In this document: positions 52,201 to 64,000 of the stretch, one piece after another | Position numbering within the stretch: position 1 is the stretch's first letter | Layout of the letters: each line of letters starts with the position of its first letter | NCBI GenBank assembly: GCA_951406725.2 | Contig: OX597815.1 | Span: 20,646,001 to 20,710,000 of the forward strand | Reading direction: 5' to 3' | DNA from: Octopus vulgaris | Lineage: Eukaryota | Length of the DNA: 64,000 bases | Made by a program: the position numbers and the translations under genes | Notes under the pieces: generated by a model | Seen by the model: the letters and a program-made list of their open reading frames with translations, nothing else | What the model was told of the DNA's origin: nothing | The model's database searches: none

Positions 52201-53477
52201 AGGAGACCAGTTGAAGTGGCGTTTCACACATCTGTGCATAATCTGACACTGCAGTACAAGGGGAGAATATATACGAGGCGCATGGTTAGTGATATTTGTA
52301 GCAACTTTGACCGTTGGCTTCTCGTCATTTTGGGATACAGTGTAAGAAGGCAGTTTCTAGGAAGGCCGAAGAAGTCTAAATTTGTTAGCCTTGTGCCAAA
52401 ATTAGAAGCCATTATTTATTTATTTTTGAATTGTTACCAATTGGCATATCATTTTACAACCGAAATGTATCTTCAAGTAAAAAATTATGAATCCTTCATC
52501 CAATTCCGAACTCAAGAAAGCTTTATGAACAATTTTAAAATCCAGACACTTTCTTTATACTGAAGGACATGAATATCTGCCAAATTATTCTGGCTGCATT
52601 GCTGAAGCCAACTTTATTTTCTAAAATAACTTTAATTTATACATTACCACAGTTAACACTTTCAATTAATTTCCATGTTCATCAAAAAAGAAAAAAAAAA
52701 AAAAAGAACAACATTTTCTTGGAGCACAGAAATATTTGAAAACGTCTTGTCTGTTGTATTTCGTATAGGTTGTTTATTAGAAACCTCCTCCACAGATTTT
52801 CATTGGATAAAGAAATGCTTCAAGAAAGAATCCTAATATGAAAAGAAAAGAACATGCAAACAAAAAATGGTAATCAAACGAAACATTTGAATCTAAAGAG
52901 CAATTTGGAGAAACGGTAATGATCTAAAATAAACAAGATAAAGTTGTTATAGTCAGTGAGAGGTAGACAGAACATCATTCATAGAATAATTTAACTTGGA
53001 GTTCATTTTTAGCGACATGTAGTCATCAATCACAGAATACAAGATGTGCATTACAATAGAACGTTCCCTTGATGATTTAGTGCTTATGTTTAGGAATCTG
53101 TACAATTAGTATAAGATTTTAACATACTTTAGGTAAATTAAAGGCTTGAAATAATTAACGAAAAACACGTAATAATTAAAAATAGGCATAAATGGTAATA
53201 ACCATTAAAGAAATTTTAACTTTTCAAGTCACAAGAAGTCCTAAGAAAAATCATTGTTCTTGAAAATATTGAATTCTTACCACGATACTACAAAGCGTCA
53301 GATTTATAAAAGAGCGGGTATAGCTGATTAAAACGTTCCCTTTCGTTCGTTGTTTATTTATAGACCACAGAAGGATGCAAAAAGTCAAACCGTGCATAAT
53401 AAGAACTCAAAACATAAAGGGATATAATTGCAAGATGTTATGTAGGATGTTCAATTGATTTTGCTCATTGGCAAATA

Positions 53478-53660
53478 TCGGTTTCAAATTTTGGCACAAG
53501 GCCAGCGGGTGTTTGGGGGCTAAGTTGAGATTAGATACCCCTGCGTTTTGATCGTACGTATTTTGTCGACTCCGGTGGAATTTGAACTCAGAACATGAAG
53601 ACAGATGAAATGCAACTAAGCATTTCATCCGTTGTGCTAACGATTTCTCCAGTTGCTACC
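53478..53660 (-). mobile_element. SINE family B variant, diverged
   Basis: ggtttcaaattttggcacaaggcc...gtggaatttgaactcagaac...ctaagcatttc. Confidence 0.7.
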
Positions 53661-55012
53661 TGTATGTTTGGAAGAATATTCATGCATAGCATTGTTTCAA
53701 AGCAATACATTTAATCAAGTTATAATCACTTAAGAGTTAATCCAAAAGCAAGCCTCGTACATGTATTTATATATTCTTGTGAAAAGAAAGAATAAATTCA
53801 TCTCAGTGGGATTAAAACTTAGAAAGTAGAGAGTGAATTTCAAACTCTTAGTAATACGGTTTGAATATTCGAATTGTAGCAGATGCTACGGTATTAACTT
53901 GTGGTGTCACTTTTAAATTCTAACTTAGTGAACTTAATCTTTTGTCATACTAAAATGATTAAACAGATGCCAGTAATTTTAGGGATATGCGTAATAGGAG
54001 AGAAACCTACATTTTGGTAATACCCGGACAAAGAGGAAAATGGAAGCACTTTACATTCCAATCAGAGTCTTGAAAAAAAACAAAAACCTAAGTAGAATAC
54101 AAAATAGTTAATATTGTTAATTCATGGAAGTAACCACGAAATTGAACAGCAAAATTATTTATATATTTTCCCCTCAATCTAGTACATTCTATTATAGGGT
54201 ATTAAATGTATGTTCTACATCTGTCGTGACTTTCTTGTTTAACGCCGTCGTTTAAAATAAATTTCGAAATAAATAAATAAATAGGGCTGCGAAGTGGTGG
54301 AGTCGCAGAAGTTGGTCAAAATACCCCATAGTATTAATTATGATGTTTATACTGTGAATTAAAATCCCACCGAAACCAAATCTACCAGACAAATACTGGG
54401 CTCCATTAAGTCGACCAAATCATTCTATAAAATGTGTGGCACTCTATCAATGTTAGAACTATTATTGTTATCACAATAAATCCTGATCAATCCAAAAAAA
54501 AAAAAAAGAAAAATTGATGTTGATGTCTAACTTGCACTCAAAAGTGATTTCTTTTTTTGCGAAGAATGCATAGTTGAATGACTCTATCCCAATATACCAC
54601 TGTTCCCTATTTATAGATTATTTGGAAAATTTTCTCAGGTGTGCTAATTGTATGAAATTAGACGATTCAGGAAAGTGGTGATGTGCTAGATAACGCATGC
54701 AAAGCTTTCCCAATGAATTGAAACATGCTTCCACATTGGATTAGGAAAACCAAATTTAATTTCATTTACAATCTTTAGCACGTATTATTCAATATATCAT
54801 CACCTACCTGAAATACTTAAATCAATGCCTTTAGCCCACTTGAACTATTTGCCTTGTCTCAATTTTTTACAATTATGCAAAATGTTCTGTTCAAACTCTC
54901 TATAACTCTTTTTTCCGCTTGATAAGACTATTCTTAAACAGAAACACACCAGTGTCCGTCTCGTTGTCGGTTAACAAAGATCAGATTTTCCTCCTAAACA
55001 TGAAAATTCAAT

Positions 55013-55424
55013 AATAAATCTCTGAACGAAGTATAAACAGTAACTGCATGACAGTGTGAGGTATACTTGCCATCTCAATATGGCTAACCACTAAGGGTGG
55101 GTGTTACTGTAGCTTGTAGCCCCAGGAGAACATCGTCTCCAGCAGGCTTTAGGCACACTTTCTATCTAAGAATAGTCTTATCAAGCGGAAAAAGAGTTAT
55201 AGAGAGTTAGAAGAGAATATTTTGCATAATTGTAAAAAGTTGAGACAAGGCAAATAGTTCAAGTGGGCTAAAGGCATTGATTTAAGTATTTCAGGTAGGT
55301 GATGACATATTGAATAATAGAAAGTGTGCCTAAAGCCAGCTGGAGACGATGTTCTCCTGGGGCTACAAGCTATAGTAACACCCACCCTTAGTGGTTAGCC
55401 ATATTGAGATGGCAAGTATACCTC
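55013..55424. mobile_element. Complex insertion: retrozyme fragment, inverted copy of upstream host DNA, then inverted retrozyme fragment, within a 15-bp TSD
   Basis: The TSD acatgaaaattcaat is at 54998-55012 and 55425-55439. The arms at 55055-55165 and 55317-55427 are inverted repeats. 55159-55319 is the reverse complement of 54783-54944. Confidence 0.8.
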
Positions 55425-58400
55425 ACATGAAAATTCAATTTTCTGTAAAATCAATTCTAATTTCTTGAAATTATATCTCATTCTTTCTGAGACTCACTAA
55501 CAACTGTCACTAGTGTTTTGTTTTTCTTGTTTCTTTCCCCAGCAACTAGCAAATTTAATTTAATTTAGAATTTTTCTAAGTACATTATACAGTACCTTAG
55601 ACCTTATCTGAATTACATGTGAATGTTCACCTATATGAACGTGAATATAAATTGATATATTTCACATCCGTTCATCTACATATATGTATACACTTATTTA
55701 TATATGTGCTTATATATGTTCCTTAATAAGTGTGTTTGCGAATAACGGGTCCTTATGTTGTTTCCCGCTGAATGGCATCTTAGGCAAATTTCATATACTG
55801 TAACCTCGAACCGATCCAGCCCTTGTAAGTGAAATTTAGTAGACAAAAACTTAGGTGGAAGGCCTTATTCAAAAGTCCGCACTTATCACACATTAATTTT
55901 GCGTGGGTGGCAATTATCTAAGAGTACAGTTCTCGAATCAGTAGAATTTTAATCCATTTAAACGTTAATTCAATGAACAATAAATTTAGTTGATCGGACA
56001 ACTGAATAGTCATCGTTGCACCCGACGGAGATCCATGACTTATATATAATAACTTTTATGGTGGCGCCCCATCATTGTTTCAGCCAGATGGCTAAAACCA
56101 TTTAAAATAGTAGAAGAGTATGCAGTATGGCATTCAACTGCAGCTTGCTCGGTGCACTATTGAAATAATGGGCTATTCAAGCAAATGAACCTTATCAGCG
56201 TTGATACAAAAGACTGCAGATGATGAATATAATTATTCAACTCTATAAGAGCATTAGATAATTATGTATTAGTAAAGCATCATTATTGAAATACTAACTA
56301 GAAAAACAGAGTCTAAAACAACAAAACACAACAAAATAACCCTAGAGAAAATATTGTAAAAATTAAAGCTGAAATACCAATTGAATGTTAACAAAAGAAA
56401 GTATTTATTCTTCTAATCGTCTTTTTCGTCAAAAAACACAATTATTCTATTTATTCCATCATTATTTTAGTCTTTTAAGTAAATATATAGCTAAAATTTT
56501 AATTAATAATTTCGTAAGAATCAATTAATTTGATGGCGTCGTCGGTGTCCCCAACATAGCTAGCGCCTGAAGGTTCTGGAACCAGTTAAAGGGTAAAAGC
56601 ATAATTGCTAAAACCTATACTTTTTCGAATTTGTTTATGATGAAAAGTTATTTTTTTTTTAGAGTACAAAATCATTTCTGGTGGCACCACAACCGCAGTT
56701 CTCTAATGTTTTTCTTATAGCCGTTTGTTGACTTCTTAATGAGCTTGAAAATATTTTTAACTGTTCAAAATTCATACACAGAATATTTTCACTCTCTTCT
56801 TTTTTCTCCTAATTATAATTTTATTAGTTTTAATTTTGTTTGTATCAAATGAAGAACTTTCAATAATTGGGAAATAATAAATATCCACTTTATAATGAAA
56901 AGTTTGAAGATGTTGTTAAACAATAATAGTTTAGTATTATAGCTGGTGCATAATTAATTTAATTTTATTGAAGTAAATGATACCATAACAATCCTATTTA
57001 ATATAATTTGTATCAATTTTAGATATCAGAAATTTTAGTCGGATTTTAGATATACATACACATACACAAAATTATATATACACTGCGTTTTATATACGGG
57101 TATATATGCATAAGTGTGTAAGTGTGTATAAAATGTCTTTTCATGTCTTAATTTTAAAGATTATTTATGTCTTTTAATATGAATGTACGCGTTTTAATTT
57201 ACGTATATACAAATGTGCGTGTGTGTCTCCCCCCATCTCTCTCTCTCTCTTTCAGTCTATCTATATACACATATACACACACATTTGAGTGTGTGAAAGT
57301 GTGTATATCTGTGTCTATATGTGTCAGGTGTAGCTCTGTTTTCAAATATGATCCTTTTAACCTCCAGCTTTCGATTTTTCTTTCTTCTGTGTTGCTTTTA
57401 ATTCATTTAATTTTCCATTAAGTCTATCTGGCTTTTTTTAATTATAATTTCCTTCTACTTTTCTCCTGATTCTTTCAGTGTTTATATTCTTGTTTTGTTT
57501 TTACTTGTAGGGATTATTGATTAGAAAATTATCTCCAAATAGGCAAGATTGAAGTTAAAGATGAGTTATAGTCATATTCAGTGACGTTAGTATTTTGAAT
57601 TCCTTTCTTTACTGTCATAAATTTAGAATTTTCTTTTATAATTTTCTATTTGTTTCTGATTTGCTCTTCTTTTAAATCGAAGTCTTCTGTTATTTTGCCC
57701 ATAATGTTTCTCATCAAACGCATTTAAGAAAAATCGAAATCGTTTCCTTAATTAACAAACTGAGCCACAAGAGAATAAATATCCTTGGTGATTTTTCTAA
57801 TTAAAACTTATTCATTTATTTATTTATTTCATATTTAATTAGTGCTATAATTTTGTGATAGTTTTATTTGCTTGTTGGTCTGTTTTAATTCTATCCTATA
57901 CTGCCCAATACAGTGTAGAAGACGTTAGTTTTATTCTTCGGCTCGGCGATTGGTTTTACCAATTTTTCCTTATCTTCACTTATATTATGCTATCTTGTGT
58001 TCTATATGATCATCAAAGATGCTGTTAATGTAATTATCAGTGGAAGATAATTGATTATCTGGGAACATTCTTCGTAAATGAAATATTTTATCACCGCATT
58101 TCACTTTCAAAAGTGACATGCAGCCAAAATGCTGAGATTCCAGCTCTCTACTCAATACGGAAATGCAATATAATCTTCCAATATATTTATCCATTTCATT
58201 TATGAATGTTCGCACTTTATAATATAATGTATTAAGCTAAAGAAGAGGTCAAGCCTTCCTCTAGCACTTCCATCTTCTTTCTGCTGGACATTTGAATTGC
58301 ACTCTTTTTCTGTTCAATATAAGAGAACTTATAACATATGAAGGGAGGTGGGAGAAAAAATCAACTCAATCTTGGCTGCAGCTTGATGCACCGGATTGTC

Positions 58401-58800
58401 GAGTGGACACTATTTAGAGTATGACTGACCTCTATCACATCATCTTCCCAGCTAGACGTACATATATATATACAATAAGGTACTCTAGTCTACGAGTATA
58501 GCCGGGGTGTCAGGAATTCTATTATTTCGTGACATTTAACCGAAGGTAGGAGTTAGTGTGACATTTTAGATCCACGTTCCATTATATTCGCCATAATAAT
58601 GAAATAGTAAGTTATCTTTGACAGATGTCGAAGTCTGAACTGTAACACCTATTGTCTGACAGTGCTACAATTGCTGTGTAAAATATAAATCTGATTTAAA
58701 TGAACTCAGTGATGAAAATAGCTTCAGTATCATAATGTAGACAGAATATCTTTAGTAGTATATTACAACCTACCTGTCTATCACAGCAAGTAAATATATA

Positions 58801-58850
<50 letters not shown>

Positions 58851-59334
58851 TACATACATACATACATACATAGATACATATATACATACATATATATGTA
58901 TGCATATATATCCATGCATACATACATATATACATACATATATATGTATGCATATATATCCATGCATATATATACATATATATATGCATATATATACATA
59001 AATATAAGCATATGTATATATATATATACATACATACATACATACATATATATATACATATATAATAATAATATTAGGGAGTAAATCCAAACTTACCGGG
59101 AAAAATTAGATTTAGGATTAAATCTTATTTTATAGTATAAATATATATTATATTAAATTAGAGATAAAACCACTATTAGGCAAATCAAACAGTGAAAATC
59201 ATAAGCCAATACATAGAAATAAAATTAATTAAAAAATATATAAAAAAGTATAAAATATAAAATATAAAAATCCAATTAAAATATTTAAATTAAAGTAAAA
59301 ATTTCACCACCGTGGTCTTTCTGATTTTCTCAGT

Positions 59335-60332
59335 TTGGGGTGTTTCAGATCGCCACCCTTATATGTGCGTTTGTCCCAGCTGTTGGCCCGTTTGGTGTAT
59401 AAGGGAGTTTGATTCCGCTGCCCTCATCTGCATCTCATAATGGGCTGTTGGCTCATACAGTATTGTTGAAAGGTGGATGTTTAGTTCCTTTTTGAAGATA
59501 TCTACTTCCATCTTATGCAGATTTCTAAAATTTTGCGGTAGGGTATTGAAAAACTGTAAACCTTTGAAAACCAGACTATTGCAGTACCTGGTCCTGAGTT
59601 TAGATGGAGGAGATGGTAGCTTTGGTACAACACAATGGTGGGCTGTTCTGGCATTTGTATAACACTCAAGGCCAAAATTAGGTACTGGACCTTCTAGAGT
59701 TTTCCAGATGTCGATTCTTGTATATCTCTCGCACTGCCGCTCCAGGGAGTAAAGTTGGAGTTTTCTCCGCCTATCCCTGTAGCTCATCCGTTGCTCTGTT
59801 TCAATGTGGCGTTGGACTGCTTCAAGCTCCGATGTTAGTTTGGCACTATGTGGTGAACATAACTGGGAGCAGTAGTCCAGGCGGCAGAGAATAAAAATTT
59901 CTTCATAGGCTCAACATAGTTTCTTGATCTCGTGTCTTGGAGGACCTCAGTATCCATCCTGCCAGCTGTCTGCACTTTGCTACCATCTTGGTAATGTGCA
60001 TATATAAAATAATGCTTCATTAGCACATACTGATCCCCGAGTCTTTCACTGCCTGTGACTCTGGGATTGTAGTGCCTTCGGGTCCTGTATATGCAGGCTG
60101 TAGTGTATTCATGAGTTGATAGTGCAATGATGGATATTTTCCAGCATTAAACTGCATGTTGTTTATTTTAGCCCATTTGTAAATCGAATTCACTGGCAAT
60201 TTTTTATTGCCAGTGATAATTTTGTATCATCAACATACTTAGTGACAGTAGTTGTCCTAGTGACCCTAGGCATGTCTGAGGCTATTATGAACAGTAATGC
60301 CTCCAGAACAGTTCCCTGGAGGACACCACTTA
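59335..60332 (-). mobile_element. Degenerate CR1-type LINE fragment including RT motifs, related to 35360-35770
   Basis: The minus strand gives SGVLQGTVLEALLF (about 60290-60331) and SYVDDTKL (about 60216-60240). The C-terminal part reads YSLERQCERY...LEGPVPNFGLECYTNART...RAAESNSLIHQ. Confidence 0.85.
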
Positions 60333-60550
60333 AAATTAGAGCTATATATATTACATATATGCATATAATTAAGATTCAGTTGAATTAGGTACTTAAGTTG
60401 AGACATCTGGTCTGTCCAGTATTGTCTGCACAGGTTGAAATTAGGTAAATAAAAACCAAATAAGCTCACTACTTTATATATATATATATATAAAGTAGCA
60501 AGCTTATATATATATGTGATGTGTGTGTGTATATATAAGTATATATTGAC

Positions 60551-60611
<61 letters not shown>

Positions 60612-60650
60612 ACAAAGTGAAATTGTAAGGTGCCGCACGAGTGGAAATAT

Positions 60651-61016
60651 ATATGGAAGAAGGTTTGAAAATGCAATTTTAAAGATATTTATTCACTTGA
60701 CCGGTTTCATTTTTTAGAAAAAGATTAACGAAAGTAAAATGTAAAGCTTTGTAAAAGGTTTGATGTGTTAAGTACTGGTTGCCACATAATATTACAATAC
60801 ATATATACATTCTTTGATAATAATAAGAAATTTTTTAGAACAGTTAAATATTTTCTTATTATTATCAACGAATGTATGTATGTATTGTAATATTTTGTGA
60901 CAACCAGTACTAAACACAACAAAGCTTTTACAAAGCTTTACGTTTTACTTTTGACAAACTTTTTCGAAAAAAGTGAAACGGGTCAAGTGACTTTAAAATT
61001 GCATTTTCAAACCTTC

Positions 61017-61024
<8 letters not shown>
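60651..61024. mobile_element. About 370-bp imperfect palindrome: head-to-head pair of HHR-bearing repeats in (TA)n
   Basis: atatggaagaaggtttgaaaatgcaattttaaag pairs with ctttaaaattgcattttcaaaccttctttcatat, and homology continues to the centre at about 60830-60852. Confidence 0.8.
60945..60990 (+). ncRNA. Minimal type I hammerhead candidate, U3:A8 core variant
   Basis: UUACUU UUGACAA ACUUUUU CGA AAAAAGU GAAAC GG GUC AAGUGA. It has a 6-bp stem I (one G-U), a 7-bp stem II and a GUC triplet. The opposite arm has GAAAC CG GUC (palindromic ACCGGU) with a decayed core. Confidence 0.6.
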
Positions 61025-61078
<54 letters not shown>

Positions 61079-61231
61079 AGAGTAAATAATAGCTTTAATG
61101 GTTTAAAAAAAACCCCAATTATTTACTGGTAGATTTCGGCATGTAAATATAACCATTTACGGTAGGAACTTCTATAAAAGTTCAATATATATTTTGTATA
61201 TAAATAAAAGAGGCGGGCAACAGGTTGCCTA

Positions 61232-61283
<52 letters not shown>

Positions 61284-61303
61284 CGTGCGTGCGTATATAG
61301 GTA

Positions 61304-61359
<56 letters not shown>

Positions 61360-61884
61360 AATATATATGTGTATGTATATATGAATATATATGTATATGT
61401 ATATATGAATATGTATATATGAATATGTATATATATATATATGTATATATGAATATGTATATATATATATATATCTTCCCTGAGCGTCCAATGATATATA
61501 TTTGTTCCAAGTCCTTGCGTTGTTGTATATTTATAGTACTTTTGTAAATCTCTCGTTAACTTCATATATATGGGGATATATATATATATATATATATGAT
61601 TATAAATATAATTATAGTTAAAGGTGCTGATGGGCAACACCAACATGCTAGAGATAGATGCCAAATAGCTCTACACTTTGTTATGACAGTGTAAGATGTG
61701 GCTTTTATAGCTATTTGGCGTTTATTTCTAGCATGTTGGTGTTGTTTATCAGCAACGTTTACTATAATTATATTCATAATTATATCTGAGTGTTAATTGT
61801 TAGCTATATGGTTTATATTACATGCTGGCTACTTGATGAAAACTTTCTAATGATTTTATCCTGAATTATGTACATATATATTAT

Positions 61885-62254
61885 AGGTGCAAGAGTGGGT
61901 GTGTGGTAAGTAGCTTGCACATGGTTCTGCGTGGCACCTTGGGCAAGTGTCTTCTGCTATTGCCACAGGCCGACCAGAGCCTTGTGAGTGGATTTCGTAG
62001 ACGGAAACTGAGAGAAGCCCGTAGTATATATATATACATATGTATGTATGTGTGTATTTGTGTGATTGTGTTTGTTCCCCCACCATTGCTTGGCAATCGA
62101 TGCTTGGTGTGTCTGCGTCCCCGGTTCGGCAAAACAGACCGATAGAATAAATATTAGGCTTACAAATAATAAACTACAGGATCGATTTGTTTGACTAAAG
62201 GTGGTCCTCCAGCATGGCCGCAGTTAGACTGAAACATATAAAAGAATAAAAGAG
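61885..62254 (+). mobile_element. SINE family A, diverged full length
   Basis: Head, gtggcaccttgggcaagtgtcttc and tail ccagcatggccgcag are all recognisable. Confidence 0.8.
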
Positions 62255-62265
62255 TACATACATAC

Positions 62266-62344
<79 letters not shown>

Positions 62345-62550
62345 CATACATATACATATATTCAAATATATAATATATATATACATGCATACAAGTATAT
62401 ATACATACACATATATACATCTTTACATATATATATATTTATACATATATGAATGTATATCTGTATACTTATATGCATATATGTTTACATATATATATGA
62501 ATGTATAGATGTGTACATATACATATGTATTCATGTATATATGCATATAT

Positions 62551-62631
<81 letters not shown>

Positions 62632-62674
62632 CTAGTTTCAGCTCAGAGCTGCGGCCATGCTGATGCACCGCCGT

Positions 62675-62736
<62 letters not shown>

Positions 62737-62794
62737 CATTGTAAAAGTATCTTCCTGTGTTGTCTGCACACACACACACAAACAAACATGTATC

Positions 62795-63049
62795 AATGAC
62801 GAACTCTCGCGTCGAAGACGATGTATAAGCATTCAGTTCTTGCCGAACAATCTACGGAAATGATTTGTTTATGGTGATCAAACGTTCGTGCTGCGCATTA
62901 GCTCACTTTCTCCGTCAGATCGACGGTATCCACGCGTCAGGTGTCCAAGTGGCCGCAGAGCAACGCGAGATGAAGTGCTTTGCTCAAAAGCACAACGTAC
63001 CACTCGGTGCAATCGTGAGTGCAACACCCTAACCACTAGGCTATGCGCC

Positions 63050-63053
<4 letters not shown>
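62795..63053 (-). mobile_element. tRNA-derived SINE with a C-type head and a different body
   Basis: The minus strand reads gagggcgcatagcctagtggttaggg...gttgtgcttttgagcaaagcacttcatctcgcgttgctc. Confidence 0.65.
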
Positions 63054-63110
<57 letters not shown>

Positions 63111-63510
63111 GCATACATACATACATACATAGATACATACATACATACATACATACATACTATTATTTGTAACACACATGGTAATTTTTAAGGGAAAATA
63201 CAAATTCATTCGTCTATATGGATTTGGTTTGTGCTGACTATCTTCTGCTATCTCCGATGGCGCGGGATTGGGATGCAAGAGGTAGGTAAATAGCATTTGC
63301 AAATCTATAACTTAATGGAATGTTGTACTGAAGTCGAGAATGAGTTCTTGATAATTCTAACCCAGAAACGTGTCCACAACTAACCGAAGACTGTTTGTTT
63401 TTGCATATGTGAGTTACAAGTAAATGTTATATATTTGTAGAAATAGGAATAGGCGGTCTTTGACTGCTATTTCTAAATTCTTGGTATGTGGCTAGGCAAC
63501 TAGATGCTTA

Positions 63511-63570
<60 letters not shown>

Positions 63571-63806
63571 TGCTTATGCATGAATATATACATACCTACA
63601 CACATATACAAATATATGTATATATATATATATATATGTTTATATAAACAGAGAGAAAGAGAGAGAGAGAGAAGAAGTATACGATGAATAAAATTTATTT
63701 TAGCAACGGATATCGATAATCAATTCCATAATTCTTTAAATTCTTTAAACTGTTTCAGCTTTAAAGCTGAGGTCATACTGGGATTTAGTCCCCATTTTGT
63801 CTGAGT

Positions 63807-64000
63807 GTGAAGGCGCGTGGCTTAATGGTTAGGGCATTCGGCTCACGATCGGAAGGTCGTGATTTCAATTCCCGGTGACACGTTGTTCCAGTCCACTCAG
63901 CTGGCAAAAATTAGTAGTGCCTGTATTTCAAAGGGCCGGCCTTGTCACACTTTGTGTCAAGCTGAATCCCCCTGAGAACTATGTTAGGGGTACAAGTGTC
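63807..64000 (+). mobile_element. tRNA-derived SINE with a C-type head, running off the window end
   Basis: gtgaaggcgcgtggcttaatggttaggg...cacgttgttccagtccactcagctg. Confidence 0.7.

Noticed and set aside
57985-58330. Possible hAT-like transposase remnant on the minus strand
   Set aside because: No diagnostic motif or TIR could be identified by eye.
61075-61235. PLE-LTR-like segment with ccgaaatctaccagta on the minus strand
   Set aside because: No CUGANGA-like core or stems could be assembled, so I did not call it a hammerhead.

Overview
AT-rich eukaryotic non-coding DNA dense in microsatellites. The SINE families and repeat landscape point to an octopus or other coleoid cephalopod; this is inference from recalled repeat families, not a database result. 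I found no convincing host protein-coding gene, and almost all ORFs in the track are translated (TA)n/(CA)n/(TATG)n/(TAA)n tracts. The real content is mobile DNA. It includes several tRNA-derived SINE families (called A-D here), decayed LINE fragments (R4/Dong-like, two CR1-type families, L1/Tx1-like), a frameshifted Penelope-like element (PLE) with a GIY-YIG endonuclease, and two non-autonomous Helitrons. The most interesting signal is a set of about six different short repeat families that each carry a minimal type I hammerhead ribozyme (HHR) fold, typical of PLE pseudo-LTRs and retrozymes. One is a 354-bp terminally redundant monomer with a compensatory U3:A8 core, which recurs circularly permuted inside a complex templated insertion at 55 kb. 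A second, unrelated family has the same UUGACAA core inside a 370-bp palindrome. A four-copy family has U fixed at the normally invariant A6. Ribozyme activity and expression are untested, and all alignments and folds were done by eye.
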